This document shows positions 24,261 through 36,576 of a DNA stretch of 64,000 bases, in pieces. Source of the stretch: Hemiscyllium ocellatum (Eukaryota); contig NC_083438.1 in NCBI RefSeq assembly GCF_020745735.1, positions 33,292,443 through 33,356,442 on the forward strand. The letters run 5' to 3'. Every line of letters begins with the position of its first letter. Positions within the stretch are counted from its first letter, which is position 1. The notes beneath the pieces were generated by a model. The model was given only the letters and a program-made list of their open reading frames with translations. It was not told where the DNA came from and did not search any database. The translations under genes were made by a program, and so were the position numbers.

Positions 24261-24714
24261 TCCCAGGAGAGGGACAGCACGGGGTTAGATACAGAGTAAA
24301 GCTCCCTCTACACTGTCCCCCATCAACCCTCCCAGGACAGGGACAGCATGGGGTTAGATACGGAGTAAAGCTTTCTCTACACTGTCCCCCATCAAACACT
24401 CCCAGTACAGGGACAGCACGGGGTTAGATACAGAGTAAAGCTCCCTCTACACTGTCCCCTAAACACTCCCAGGACAGGGACAGCATGGGGTTAGATACAG
24501 AGTAAAGCTCCCTCTACACTGTTCCCCAAACACTCTCAGGACAGGGACAGCATGGGGTTAGATACAGAGTAAAGCTCCCTCTACACTGTCCCCTATCAAA
24601 CACTCTCAGGACAGGGACAGCTCAGGGTTAGATATAGAGTAAAGCTCCCTCTACACTGTCCCCTATCAAACACTCCCAGGACAGGGACAGCACGGGGTTA
24701 GATACAGAGTAAAA
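24258..24714. repeat. 70-bp minisatellite, about 6.5 copies
   Basis: Unit ...CCAGGACAGGGACAGCACGGGGTTAGATACAGAGTAAAGCTCCCTCTACACTGTCCCC... Confidence 0.93.
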
Positions 24715-24740
24715 TTTCAGCCATTGCACTGTACCAGGCT

Positions 24741-24835
24741 GGGAAACTCCCTCCACACCGTCACTAGTCTAAGATATGACGTCACTCGGGTGACCTGGAG
24801 TCACGAGTAAGCACTGCAGATTTTCCTTCCGGACC
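24741..24835. promoter_or_regulatory. Candidate intronic enhancer: NF-kB + CRE + ETS
   Basis: GGGAAACTCC at 24741-24750 fits GGGRNNYYCC. TGACGTCA at 24777-24784. CCGGAAGG on the minus strand nearby. Lies in non-repeat sequence. Motif match only. Confidence 0.4.
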
Positions 24836-24964
24836 GAGACTGATGAGGCAGGTTGGGGAGGATTTCTCCTGAACTCTTTGCTAATCTTGTGTTTGTCCTC
24901 CCGGTTTCCCTGAATTCCAGGGAAGTGGATTTACATCCCCTTCCTGTTTGTGGGGAAATCCACA

Positions 24965-26960
24965 TTCGATATGCGGGAGGCTTTTCAAGAGAGGTTGGTT
25001 TGAGCTCAGGAGAGATATGGTCCTGAGAAAATGAGAGAGAGAAGTGGCAAGATTAGGGAACCATGGATGACAGGGGAGGCTAGCTGAAATGAAAAAGGAT
25101 ACATCCGTAAGGTCTAGGTGATTGAAGACAGACAAATCTTTGGGAGAATATCGAGAATGTAGGACCAATCTGAAACGAGGAACTAAGAGGGTTAAGAGGG
25201 GTCATGAGACATCCTTAGCAAGCAGGGCTAAGGAAAATCCCAAAGCTTTTTGGTTTGTATATTAGGAGTGAAATGGTAATGAGGGAAAGGGTTAGCCCAC
25301 TCAAGGACAAAGGAGGAAATTATGCCTGAAGTCAGAGAAAACGGGAGAGAGTACTTTGCATTGTCATTCACTGAGGACCGGGACATGACGGACGTTGAGG
25401 TTAGGATTAGATCTCGGTCAATTCGCCATAAGGAGGGAGGAAGTGTTGGGTATTCTGAGAGGCATTCAGTTGGGCAAGTCCCCAGGTCCAGATGGGATCT
25501 CACCCCAGGTCCAGATGGGATCTACCCCAGCTTCCTGAAGGAGGAGGGAGAGGAAATAGTTGGGGCTTTAACAGATGTCTTTGCAGCAAGGGAGAGGTCC
25601 TGATGAGTGGAGAATTGCTAATGCTGTCCCCTTGTTTCAGAAGGGTAACAGGGTAATTACCGACCGGTGAGCATGACGTCAGTGGTGGGGAAGCCACTGG
25701 AGAAGATACTAAGGGATAGGATATATACCCATTTGGAAGAAAATGGGCTTATCAGTGATAGGAAACATGGCTTTGCACAGGGATGGTCATGTCTTACAAA
25801 CCGAATGGAATTCTTTGAAGTGGTGAGAATGTTGATTGATGAGGGGAGGGCTGTAGACGTCATATACATGGACTTTGGTAAGGTGTTTGATAAGGTTCCC
25901 CATGGTAGGCTGATGGAGAAGGTGAAGTCGCACAGGGTCCAGGGGGTACTAGCGAGATGGATAGAGAACTGGCTGGGCAACAGGAGACAGAGTAGTAATG
26001 GGAGGGAGCTTCTCAAAATGGAGTCCTGTGACCAGTGATGTTCCCCAGGGATCCATGCTGGGCCCACTGTTGTTTGTGAGATACATACAGGGTTTGGAGG
26101 AAGGTGACTGTTGCCTCATTAGCAAGTTTGCAGTTGACGCTAAGGTTGGTGGAGAGGCAGATAGTGAAGGGGACTGTCAGAGAATACAGCAGAATAGAGA
26201 TAGATTGGAGAGTTGGGCAGAGAAATGGCAGATGGAGTTCAATCCGAGCAAATGCGAGGTGATGCATTTTGGAAGGTGAAATTCCTGAGCGAACTATACA
26301 GTAAATGGAAATGTCCCAGGGAAAATTGACGTACAGCGAGACCTGGGTGTTCAGGCCCATTGTACCCTGAAAGTGGTAACGCAGGTCAGTAGAGTGGTTA
26401 TGAAGGCATACGGCACACTTTCCTTCATCGGGTGGGGTATTGAGTGCAAGAGTTGGTGGGTCATGTTACAGTTGTATAGGACTTTTGGTTGGGCCATGTT
26501 CTGGTCGCCACATTACCGAAAGGATGTGGATGCTTTGGAGAGGGTGCAGAGGAGGTTCACCAGGGTGTTGCCTGGGATGGAGGGCGCTGGCGATGAGGAG
26601 AGGTTGGTGGACATTCGGATTCTTTTCATTAGAAAGATGGAGGTTGAGGGGAGGGAGCTGACTGAGGCCTACACAATCATGAGAGGGATAGACAGGGAGG
26701 ATAGCAAGTAGCTTTCCCCCAGAGTGGGGGAGCTCAATGACTAGGGGTCACGGGTTCAAGGTGAGAGGGGAAAGGTTTAAGGGAGATGTGTGTGGGAAGT
26801 TCTTCATGCAGAGGGTGGTGGGTGCCTGGAACGCGATGCCAGCCGAGGGGGTAGAGGTGGGTATGACAGCATCATCTAAGATGTATCCAGACAGATACAT
26901 GAATGGGCAGGGAACAGAGGGAGACAGATCCTTAGGAAATAGGCAACAGGTTTAGATCGA
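24965..26960 (+). mobile_element. CR1-type LINE, 5'-truncated, RT region with frameshifts
   Basis: YMDFGKVFDKVPHGRL, VPQGSMLGPLLF and SKFAVDAK motifs in ORFs 25667-26038 and 25998-26279. Confidence 0.9.
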
Positions 26961-27006
26961 GGATCTGGATCGGGGGGGCCTGTTCCTGGTCTAGATTAGA
27001 TTACTT

Positions 27007-27310
27007 ACAGTGTGGAAACAGGCCCTTCGGCCCAACAAGTCCGCACCGACCCGCCGAAGAGCAACCCACCCATACCCATACCCCTATATTTACCCCTTCA
27101 CATAACACTACGGGCAATTTAGCATGGCCAATCCACCCTGACCCACACATCTTTGGACTGTGGGAGGAAACCAGAGCACCCGGAGGAAACCCACGCAGAC
27201 ACGGGGAGAATGTGCAAACTCCACACGGTCGGTCGCCTGAGGCGGGAATTGAACCCGGGTCTCTGGCGCAGTGAGGCAGCGGCGCTAACCACTGAGCCAC
27301 CGCGCCACCC
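27007..27310 (-). mobile_element. Full-length V-SINE (HE1-like), single-unit form
   Basis: tRNA-like head, V-domain (TTCTCCCCGTGTCTGCGTGGGTTTCCTCCGGGTGCTCTGGTTTCCTCCCACAGTCCAAAGATGTG) and a CR1-like tail. Confidence 0.88.
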
Positions 27311-27667
27311 TCTTGGTCTAGAATGTTCTTTGCTCCTATTGGCAGGATTAGCCTGATGTGTTCCTCCATCCCCCACCCCCTCCCAGAGATGGGGTCATTC
27401 GGCCAGCCTTGAGTTTATCACTGACAGCCATTGCTCAGTGTAACCTCCCCCACCTCCGTCCGCAATCTCTCAACACGATCATTTTTATGGCAGCCCTGCT
27501 GATCTGCAGTGCCAAGTCTTTGTTACAGAAAACCTGGCGCGGATCATGCGATTGGGAAGAAACAGACATCTGTTCTCCATCAGGACACTTGCAAGAGTGC
27601 CAAATTTCACAACAACTTGCATGACAGGGTTGCTAGTCTCCTGATTGGGTGCCAAGTTGAGCCGCGT

Positions 27668-28438
27668 TCATACAGTGTGGAAACAGGCCCTTCGGCCCAA
27701 CAAGTACATAACGGCCCTCCGAACAGTATCCCATCCAGACCCATTCCCCTACTCTATTACTCTACATTTATCACCTGGCTAATCCACCCTAACCTGCACA
27801 TCCCTGGGCACTATGGGACAATTTACCATGGCCAATCCACCCTAAACTGCACATCCCCGGGCACTATGGGACAATTTAGCATGGTCAATCCACCCTAACC
27901 TACACATCCCTGGGCACTACGGGACAATTTAGCATGGCCAATCCACCCTAACCTACACATCCCTGAGCACTACGGGACAATTTAGCATGGCCAATCCACC
28001 CTAACCTGCACATCCCTGGGCACTATGGGACAATTTACCATGGCCAATCCACCCTAACCTGCACATCCCCGGGCACTATGGGACAACTTAGCATGGCCAA
28101 TCCACCCTAACCTGCACATCCCTGGGCACTATGGGACAATTTAGCATGGCCAATCCACCCTAACCTACACATCCCTGAGCACTAAGGGACAATTTAGCAT
28201 GGCCAATCCACCCTACCCTGCACATCCCTGGGCGCCAAGGGACAATTTCCCATGGCCAATCCACCCTGACCCGCACATCTTTGGACTGTGGGAGGAAACC
28301 GGAGCACCCGAAGGAAACCCACGCAGACACTGGGAGAATGTGCAAAATCCACACAGTAAGTCACCCGAGGCTGGGATCGAACCCGGGTCCCTGGCGCTGA
28401 GAGACAACAGTGCTAACCACTGAGCCACCGTGCCGCCC
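27668..28438 (-). mobile_element. Full-length V-SINE with about 9 internal tandem 53-bp units
   Basis: Head and V-domain 28260-28438, array 27775-28270, tail 27668-27775. Confidence 0.88.
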
Positions 28439-29324
28439 CAGAAATCTGCCTTCTCTGAGGATTGAGCTCAGGACCTTCAGAGTGTGAGACTGACCCGCTG
28501 CCTACTGCGCTAAGATGGCCACCAGCCTATTGTTTGGGTTGTCTGAAGTTTTGATTTCTTGCAATCTGTCCTGATTGGCGCAAGATGAAGATCCACAGCT
28601 GTGCGTTGGCGACTCAGCGTTATTTCTGAACCAAAACCGACTTCCTGCTTTCTACCACTTGAAGTCAACTTTTTCTGGAGCCAACTTCTGAGTGCTCCCC
28701 AAGACGGTACAAAATATTCTTCAGAACTCGTGATGTTCCCAACCAAAATATTCTCAAGCAGCAATTAACTTGGGGCTGAGTTCCAAAGCTCTTCAGAGGA
28801 CCCTGGTGCCCGGTCAATATGTCAACAGTGGATGTAAACAGGAAAACAAAGCGCAGAATGCGTACGCGACGCTGAGGTCTCGCAGCTTGTCCCAATCCTG
28901 ACCTTGCCCTAGTTGAGACAGAGACTGGTGAAAATCCCAACCAGAGATCGAAATTGCTGGAGAAACTCAGCAACAATGGCAGAGAGAGAGAGAGATGTTT
29001 CAGTTCCCGAGAGCCTTCCTCAGGATGGACAGCAGCCCAGAAAATGTCAGGATTTTATCCCAAGGCAGACAAAAGGAGTGAGACGGAGATCGAGTCATTA
29101 AGCTTCCAATTGCTTCCCTCTTCACCATGGGGTTCCAGAGCCAATGTCTCCGCCTTCAGAATCCTGTAGGATTCCAACTGGCCCATTCCCACTCACTAAC
29201 AAATTACATGAGCAGGGTTTCTCATTCCCCGGCTCCTCTGTCTTCCGAACTCTCTCTCTCTCTCTCTCTGGGCACCACCGCAAACACTCACTCCTTTCCC
29301 ACGCTGCCTCCTGTCATGGCACAG

Positions 29325-29778
29325 AGATGTACAGCACGGAAACAGACCCTTCGGTCCAACCCGTCCATGCTGACCCAGATATCCCAACCCAATCTAGTCC
29401 CACCTGCCAGCACCCGGCCCATATCCCTCCAAACCCTTCCTATTCATTGACCCATCCAGATGCCCCCTAGACATGGTAATTGTACCAGCCTCCACCACAT
29501 CCTCTGGCAGCTCATTCCATAAACGTACCACCCTCTGCGTGAAAAAGTTGCCTCTTAGGTCTCTTTTATATCTTTCCCCTCTCACCCTAAACCCATGCCC
29601 CTCTAGTTCTGGACTCCCCCACCCCAGGGAAAAGACTTTGTCTATTTACCCTATCCATGCCCCTCATGATTTTGTAAACCTCTATAAGGTCACCCCTCAG
29701 CCTCCGACGCTCCAGGGAAAACAGCCCCAGCCTGTTCAGCCTCTCCCTGTAGCTCAGATCCTCCAACCCTGGCAACAT
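29325..29778 (-). mobile_element. CR1-type LINE 3' fragment
   Basis: Same family as 1-437 (ORFs 29394-29585 and 29587-29778). Confidence 0.9.
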
Positions 29779-30164
29779 CAGATAAATACCAACATTTTCC
29801 CAGCTGCTGTCTGTTCTGAGGAACGCGGACTGGAGCTGAAAGGTTCACTCTCTCTCTCTACCCACTGATGGTGCCAGGCGTATCGAATATCTCCAGCAAC
29901 GGCCGTCCTAAATGGGTGGGAACAGTGTTGGCACAAGCTGCGATGCTGCTGTAGTTAAATAGCTCATTATGCCTCGGCTTCTCGGACACATTAGCCAATG
30001 GGGGGAGGGGGTGGGAGAGGTTTGAAGAGTGAGGGTGGCTTTACATTCCCAATGAAATGAATTTGGACGCGTTGCGAAACGGATTTATTCTAGCTCAGTA
30101 AAAAGCACTCAAACGGTCTCAAAGATACAATTAGTGTCTCACTGGACCTCCCAAAGCACCTCAC

Positions 30165-30985
30165 TGCAATTAGTCTCTGACTCTCCACAGACTGGATCCC
30201 ACTGTAATTAGTCTCTGACTGATCACAGACTGGATCTCACTGCAATTAGTCTCTGACTGATCACAGACTGGATCCCATTGCAATTAGTCTCTGACTCTCC
30301 ACAGACTGGATCCCACGGCAATTAGTCTCTGACTGCCCACAGACTGGATCCCACTGCGATTAGTCTCTGACTCTCCACAGACTGGATCCCACTGCCATTA
30401 GTCTCTGACTCTCCACAGACTGGATCCCACTGTAATTAGTCTCTGACTGATCACAGACTGGATCCCACTGCAATTAGTCTCTGACTCTCCACAGACTGGA
30501 TCCCACTGCGATTAGTCTCTGACTGATTACAGACTGGATCCCACTGCGATTAGTCTCTGACTGCCCACAGACTGGATCCCACTGCAATTAATCTCTGACT
30601 GCCCACAGACTGGATCCCACTGCGATTAGCCTCTGACTGATCACAGACTGGATCCCACTGTAATTAGTCTCTGACTGTCCCCAGACTGGATCCCACTGCG
30701 ATTAGTCTCTGACTGCCCACAGACTGGATCCCACTGCAATTAATCTCTGACTGCCCACAGACTGGATCCCACTGCGATTAGCCTCTGACTGATCACAGAC
30801 TGGATCCCACTGTAATTAGTCTCTGACTGTCCCCAGACTGGATCCCACTGCGATTAGTCTCTGACTGCCCACAGACTGGATCCCACTGCGATTAGCCTCT
30901 GACTGATCACAGACTGGATCCCACTGCGATTAGTCTCTGACTGTCCCCAGACTGGATCCCACTGCGATTAGTCTCTGACTGTCCC
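30165..30985. repeat. 38-bp minisatellite (CACAGACTGGATCCCACTGCAATTAGTCTCTGACTGAT)n, about 21 copies
   Basis: Period 38 (30186, 30224, 30262). Confidence 0.95.
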
Positions 30986-31580
30986 GAAGATGATCTGTTT
31001 CTCGGGAACCGATTAGGAACCTGGTCACCTGATCGTTTGCCTTTGAACACTAAGTACGGCGATGGGCCTTTTAGACGTTTTGGATCCTCCGAGAGTCACA
31101 TGCAGCAGAAGGAGGACATTCGGCCCATCAGATCAGCTCTGCTTCTTTGTAATATCATCCCCATTGGCTCCCCCTCCTGCCCCATCGCGTCACCTTTCAG
31201 GATTTCACCTCTCGAACGTTCCTGTTGTCCTTTCTCCCTTTCAGGCAGTGCATCCAAGACTCGCTGGGTCAAAGAAAAACACAAACACTCCTCGTCTCTC
31301 TCCCTCCCCTACCCCCCTCAAAACCTCTGCTCCTTTTCCCTATTCTCTCCAATCTGTCTCCCTCTGGTGACGCTCCTTCCTGCTCCCGGGACCAGCCTCT
31401 CCCACCCGCCAACTCGATCGAGACCCTGGGGACCCTGCACGCCCTGATTCAGTCTCCCCCTGCACCTTCCTGGCTCTGAGGGAACAGTCCCAGCCCCTCC
31501 CCAGGGAGCCTCCTTGACCTGAGCACACTCCCTCGCTTGCTGACCTTTGGAAAGAGAGAGTAACATGATGAAGAGCTGAC

Positions 31581-31636
31581 CTGATATGGTGCTGAGGCCT
31601 ACCAGCCAGAGGCTGAGGGACAATGCCACCTTCATT
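31581..31636 (-). CDS. ICOSL/B7-like gene exon 2, signal peptide: (R)MKVALSLSLWLVGLSTIS(A)
   Basis: 56 nt. Acceptor CTCTTGTCTTTCAG|A, donor TCAG|GTCAGC, phase 2-1. Joins exon 3 in frame to give ...STISASACNG-VQEQ. Internal ATG at 31633-31635. Confidence 0.8.
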
Positions 31637-31721
31637 CTGAAAGACAAGAGCAGGTCTCTGTCAGTGCCTGGCCTTTTCAGGAATGTGTTTATCAAGGCTC
31701 CCAGCCCTTCAGCTCCTGAGG

Positions 31722-31985
31722 AGAAAGTGAGGTCTGCAGATGCTGGAGATCAGAGCTGAAAATGCGTTGCTGGAAAAACGCAGCAGGTCAGGCAGCATCC
31801 AAGGAGCAGGAGATTCGACGAGTCGGGAATAAGCCGAAACTCACTCACTCCCCTCTCCCTACATTTCCCCCCCGCCCCTCAACAAATCATTTCCTGAAGA
31901 AGGGCTTATGCCCGAAACGTCGATTCTCCTGCTCCTTGGATGCTGCCTGACCTGCTGCGCTTTTCCAGCAACACATTTTCAGCCT
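31722..31985. mobile_element. Penelope-like terminal repeat pair in inverted arrangement
   Basis: Arms at about 31745-31820 and 31921-31985 are reverse complements and share the variant CATCCAAGG. Confidence 0.8.
31890..31925 (+). ncRNA. Minimal type I hammerhead ribozyme motif
   Basis: CTGAAGA-A-GGGC-TTAT-GCCC-GAAACGTC. Core intact, perfect 4-bp stem II, weak stem I. Confidence 0.6.
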
Positions 31986-32124
31986 CAGCTCCTGACCCAG
32001 CCTCCCCTATCCCGACCCTTGAACTCCGAACCGATCCGGGGGATCCAACTTGCCATTCCCAACGTTGCTTCCCCATGTTGACTGGCCGGCCAGCTATTCG
32101 CCCAGGGAGGGCATCACTCCTACC

Positions 32125-32965
32125 TCCTCAAGGTCTCACTCACTCCCCTCTCCCTACACCCCCCCTCCTCAAGGTCTCACTCACTCCCCTCTCCCTACAC
32201 CCCCCCCCCCCCAAGGTCTCACTCACTCCCCTCTCCCTACACCCCCCCACCAAGGTCTCACTCACTCCCCTCTCCCTACACCCCCCCCTTCAAGGTCTCA
32301 CTCACTCCCCTCTCCCTACACCCCCCCTCCCCAAGGTCTCACTCACTCCCCTCTCCCTACACCCCCCGCCTCAAGGTCTCACTCACTCCCCTCTCCCTAC
32401 ACCCCCCCTCCTCAAGGTCTCACTCACTCCCCTCTCCCTACACCCTCTCCCCAAGGTCTCACTCACTCCCCTCTCCCTACACCCCCCCTCCTCAAGGTCT
32501 CACTCACTCCCCTCTCCCTACACCCCTCCCTCAAGGTCTCACTCACTCCCCTCTCCCTACACCCCTCCCTCAAGGTTTCACTCACTCCCCTCTCCCTACA
32601 CCCCCCTCAAGGTCTCACTCACTCCCCTCTCCCTACACCCCCCCTCCCTCAAGGTCTCACTCACTCCCCTCTCCCTAGACCCCCCCTCAAGGTTTCACTC
32701 ACTCCCCTCTCCCTACACCCCCCCTCCTCAAGATCTCACTCACTCCCCTCTCCCTACACACCACCCCCCTCAAGGTCTCACTCACTCCCCTCTCCCTACA
32801 CACCACCCCCCTCAAGGTCTCACACACTCCCCTCTCCCTACACCCCTCCCTCAAGGTCTCACTCACTCCCCTCTCCCTACACCCCTCCCTCAAGGTCTCA
32901 CTCACTCCCCTCTCCCTATATCCACCCCGCGCCCCCCCCCCCCCCCCCCCAAGGTCTCACTCACT
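32125..32965. repeat. About 38-42-bp C-rich minisatellite (CAAGGTCTCACTCACTCCCCTCTCCCTACACCCCCC...)n, about 21 copies
   Basis: Tandem unit with a variable poly-C tract. Confidence 0.93.
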
Positions 32966-33022
32966 CCCATATCCCCTTCTCAGGAGGGTAGAGCTGAAGA
33001 ACCCATCAGCCCCTGGGTCGAG

Positions 33023-33379
33023 NNNNNNNNNNNNNNNNNNNNNNNNNNNNNNNNNNNNNNNNNNNNNNNNNNNNNNNNNNNNNNNNNNNNNNNNNNNNNN
33101 NNNNNNNNNNNNNNNNNNNNNNNNNNNNNNNNNNNNNNNNNNNNNNNNNNNNNNNNNNNNNNNNNNNNNNNNNNNNNNNNNNNNNNNNNNNNNNNNNNNN
33201 NNNNNNNNNNNNNNNNNNNNNNNNNNNNNNNNNNNNNNNNNNNNNNNNNNNNNNNNNNNNNNNNNNNNNNNNNNNNNNNNNNNNNNNNNNNNNNNNNNNN
33301 NNNNNNNNNNNNNNNNNNNNNNNNNNNNNNNNNNNNNNNNNNNNNNNNNNNNNNNNNNNNNNNNNNNNNNNNNNNNNNN
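33023..33379. other. Assembly gap (357 N) within predicted intron 1
   Basis: Run of N. Confidence 0.99.
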
Positions 33380-33900
33380 GAAAGGAACTGATGTTGTTGA
33401 TTTCAACATCCGTGATTTCCAACAGTTGGAGAGCCCACTGCCTGGCCATATGATGGTGAGACTGGTCTTGGAAAACGATATGCAGTCCCCAGCACTCGGC
33501 CGAGTGTAATGTCAAGTCCTGAGCAAAAACCAATCCGGGAGGGAGTGGGTGGGTAAAGACTCTGAGCTGGGTGGGATCGTATCTGGCTCAAAGGAAGATG
33601 GTTGTGGATGTGGAGGGTCCCAGCCCCAGGCCCCATCACTGCAGGAGTCCCTCAGGGTCATGTCTTGGGCCCAACCATCTTCAGCTGCTTCCTCAATGAC
33701 CTTCCCTCCATCAGAAGGTCAGAGGTGAGGATGTTCACTGATGGTTGCACAGTGTTCAGCACCATTCGCGACTCCTCAGGTACTGAACCAGTCCGTGTCC
33801 AAATCCAACAAAGATCTGGACAATATCCGGGCTTGGTCTGACAAATGGCAGGTAACATCCGTGCCACACAAATCCCAGGCACTGACCATCTCCAATAAGA
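33380..33900 (+). mobile_element. CR1-like LINE (second family) RT fragment
   Basis: ITAGVPQGHVLGPTIFSCFLNDLP...MFTDGCT motif in ORF 33602-33841. Confidence 0.8.
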
Positions 33901-33949
33901 GACAACCTAACTACCTCTTTGTTCCTAGTCAATGGGGGAGCCAATGAGT

Positions 33950-34250
33950 GGTATTATCCAGAGATCGAGGTCACGTTCCGGGGACCCGGGTTTGAATCCC
34001 CGGGATGGTGGAATTTGAATCCGACAAAAATCCGGAATTAAGAATCTAAGGATGACCATGTTGGGAAGCAAAACCCAGCACATGTCCTTCAGGGAAGGAT
34101 TCTGCCATCTATACCTGGTCTGGGACCTACACGTGACTCCAGTCTCAAAGCAATATGGCTGACTCTGAACTGCCCTCTGGGATGGGAAATAAATGCTGGG
34201 CCTAGCCAGTGATGCCCTTCCTTATCCCATGAATGAATTAAAAAAAATAA
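33950..34250 (+). mobile_element. Shark SINE-like element sharing the AATAAATGCTGG..GCCAG tail with the second LINE family
   Basis: GGGTTTGAATCCC B-box-like motif; ends CCCATGAATGAATTAAAAAAAA. Family assignment from recall. Confidence 0.6.
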
Positions 34251-34309
34251 AGATCACTGAGTTCTGCAGTCCTCCCTCTCACCCTCAGTCTGCGTGGGAG
34301 TTGAATCCA

Positions 34310-35250
34310 CGGTGTTGGTGCCCCTGTGTGTCAGACACAAGCTAATGAGGCTCCCATTACCGCCACCTCCAAAAAGACCCCTCCCCCAGGGATATATTTC
34401 TCTCTCCACCCCCTTTCCGCCTTCCGCAAAGACCGTTCCCTCCGTGACTACCTGGTCAGGTCCACGCTCCCCCCTACGACCCACCCTCCCATCCTGGCAC
34501 CTTCCCCTGCCACCGCACGAACTGTAAAACCTGCGCCCACACCTCATCCCTCACCTCCTCCCACGCCTCCTCCCTCACCTCCATCCAAGGCCCTAAAGGA
34601 GCCTTCCACATCCATCAAAGTTTTACCTGCACATCCACCAATGTCATTTATTGTATCCGTTGCTCCCGATGCGGTCTCCTCTACATTGGGGAGACTGGGA
34701 GCCTCCTAGCAGAGCGCTTTAGGGAACATCTCCGGGACACCCGCACCAATCAACCACACCACCCTGTGGCCCAACATTTCAACTCCCCCTCCCACTCTGC
34801 CGAGGACATGGAGGTCCTGGACCTCCTTCACCGCCAGACGCCTGGAGGAAGAACGCCTCATCTTCCGCCTCGGAACACTTCAACCCCAGGGCATCAATGT
34901 GGACTTCAACAGTTTCCTCATCTCCCCTTCCCCCACCTCACCCTAGTTCCAAACTTTCAGCACTGTCCCCATGACCTGTCCATCTCCCTTCCCACCATCC
35001 ACTCCACCCTCCCCTCTGACCTATCACCTTTACCCCCACCTCCGTCCACCTATTGCACTCTCAGCTACCTTCTCCCCAGTCCCACCCCCTCCCATTTATC
35101 TCTCCACCGCCCCCCCCCACCCGAGTCTCCCAGCCTCATTCTGATGAAGGAATTTTGCCTGAAACGTCGATTTTCCTGCTCCTCGGATGCTGCCTGACCT
35201 GCTGTGCTTTTCCAGCACCACTCCCATCTTGACTCCGATCTCCAGTACCC
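34310..35250 (+). mobile_element. Penelope-like element 3' portion: GIY-YIG endonuclease (broken), 3' UTR and hammerhead-bearing terminal repeat
   Basis: FTCTSTNVIYCIRCSRCGLLYIGETG...AERFREH...PVAQHFNSPSHS...EEERLIFRLGTLQPQGINVDF. CTGATGA-AGG-AATTTTG-CCT-GAAACGTC at about 35140-35168. Confidence 0.88.
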
Positions 35251-35397
35251 ACCTCCGCCTACATGACAGATTCCTGTCAATCTCTCCTCTCACTTGAGGC
35301 CCAGACTAAACCCCTGCCAGTCTCCTCTGCCCAATGAGGAGAGCAGAGCCACGGTCAGGCAGGACAACGGAGAATTTTCATCGGGGATATCATTCAT

Positions 35398-35680
35398 CAA
35401 AAAGTGGGGTGTTGGAAAAACACAGCCGGTCAGGCAGCATCCCAGGAGCAGGAGAGTCAACGTTTCGTCCCTCATTCAGGAATTTGGGGGGGGAGGGCGG
35501 CTCTGAGAGATAATTGGGGATGGGGCTTGGGGGGGGAAGGTAGCTGGGAAGGTGATAGGTGGATGAAGGTGGGACATGATGGTGATAGGTTGGAGCGGAT
35601 AGGTGGGAGGGAAGGTGGACAGGTAGTACAGTTCAAGAGGGCGGTATTGAGCTGGAGGGTTGGGACTCGGGTGGGGGAGG
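35398..35680 (-). mobile_element. Second Penelope-like 3' end, convergent with the 34.3-35.2 kb copy
   Basis: Reverse complement of the terminal repeat and UTR; hammerhead degenerate. Confidence 0.65.
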
Positions 35681-35762
35681 AGAGAGGAGAGAGGAGAGAG
35701 GAGAGAGGAGAGAGGAGAGAGGAGAGAGGAGAGAGGAGAGAGGAGAGAGGAGAGAGGAGAGG
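35681..35762. repeat. (GAGAG)n microsatellite
   Basis: Direct reading. Confidence 0.95.
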
Positions 35763-35764
35763 TG

Positions 35765-36480
35765 GAAGTTGACAGCAGAAAGTGAGTTGACCCAGCCATA
35801 CCGACACAGCGGCTCCAAGGGCAGGTCAGAATCCTGCAGTGAGTAACTCCCCTCCGGACTCCCCCCAAAGCCTGTCCCACCATCGACAAGGCCCAAGGCA
35901 GGAGGAGGAGGGAATACTCCCCACTTGCCCCTGGATGGGGGCAGCTCCAACAACACTCGAGAAGCTCGACACCATCCAGGGACAAAGCAGCCCCCGCTGG
36001 ATTGGCCCCACACCCACAAACATCCCCTCCCTCCCCCCACCTCCCCTCAGTAACAGCAGTGTGTACCATCCCCTCCCTCCCCCACCCCCCTCAGTAACAG
36101 CAGTGTGTACCGTCCCCTCCCTCCCCCCCCCCCCCCCTCAGTAACAGCAGTGTGTACCAGCTACAAGACCCACTGCAGAAACTCACCAAAGACCCTCAGG
36201 CAGCACCTTCCAAACCCACGGCCACTTCCATCTGGAAGGACAAGGGACAGCAGGTGCATGGGAACACCACCCCCCTGCAAGTTCCCCTCCCCTCACCATC
36301 CCGACTTGGAAAACTATCGGCCGTTCCTTCCTGGGTCAGAATCCTGGAATTCCCTCCCTCAGGGACATTGTGGGTCTACCCACAGCACATGGACTGCAGC
36401 GGGTCAAGGAGGCAGCTCACCCCCCACCTTCTCAAGGGGGGCAACTAGGGACAGGAGGCAATAAATACTGGGCCCAGCCA
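35765..36480 (+). mobile_element. CR1-like LINE (second family) 3' fragment with 3 internal tandem units
   Basis: Homologous to 9370-10225 and 49105-49410. Confidence 0.85.
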
Positions 36481-36576
36481 GGAGCATCCAATGGTTCTGT
36501 GTGGTATTGTGAAACATGTTGACTGTAGTACTATTTCTGAGGATTACTGAGAAACGAGGCATTAAATGGACCTTAC

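Noticed and set aside
27230-27310. tRNA genes at SINE heads (also 28.4k, 37.7k, 43.9k, 21.3k)
   Set aside because: Only A/B-box-like remnants fused to V-domain sequence; no complete cloverleaf.
28665-28976. Minus-strand ORF with RILRFVFLF as an alternative leader
   Set aside because: No suitable ATG or phase-1 donor; exon 31581-31636 fits much better.
31940-33533. Long Pro/Ser-rich and X-containing ORFs
   Set aside because: Products of the C-rich minisatellite and the N gap.
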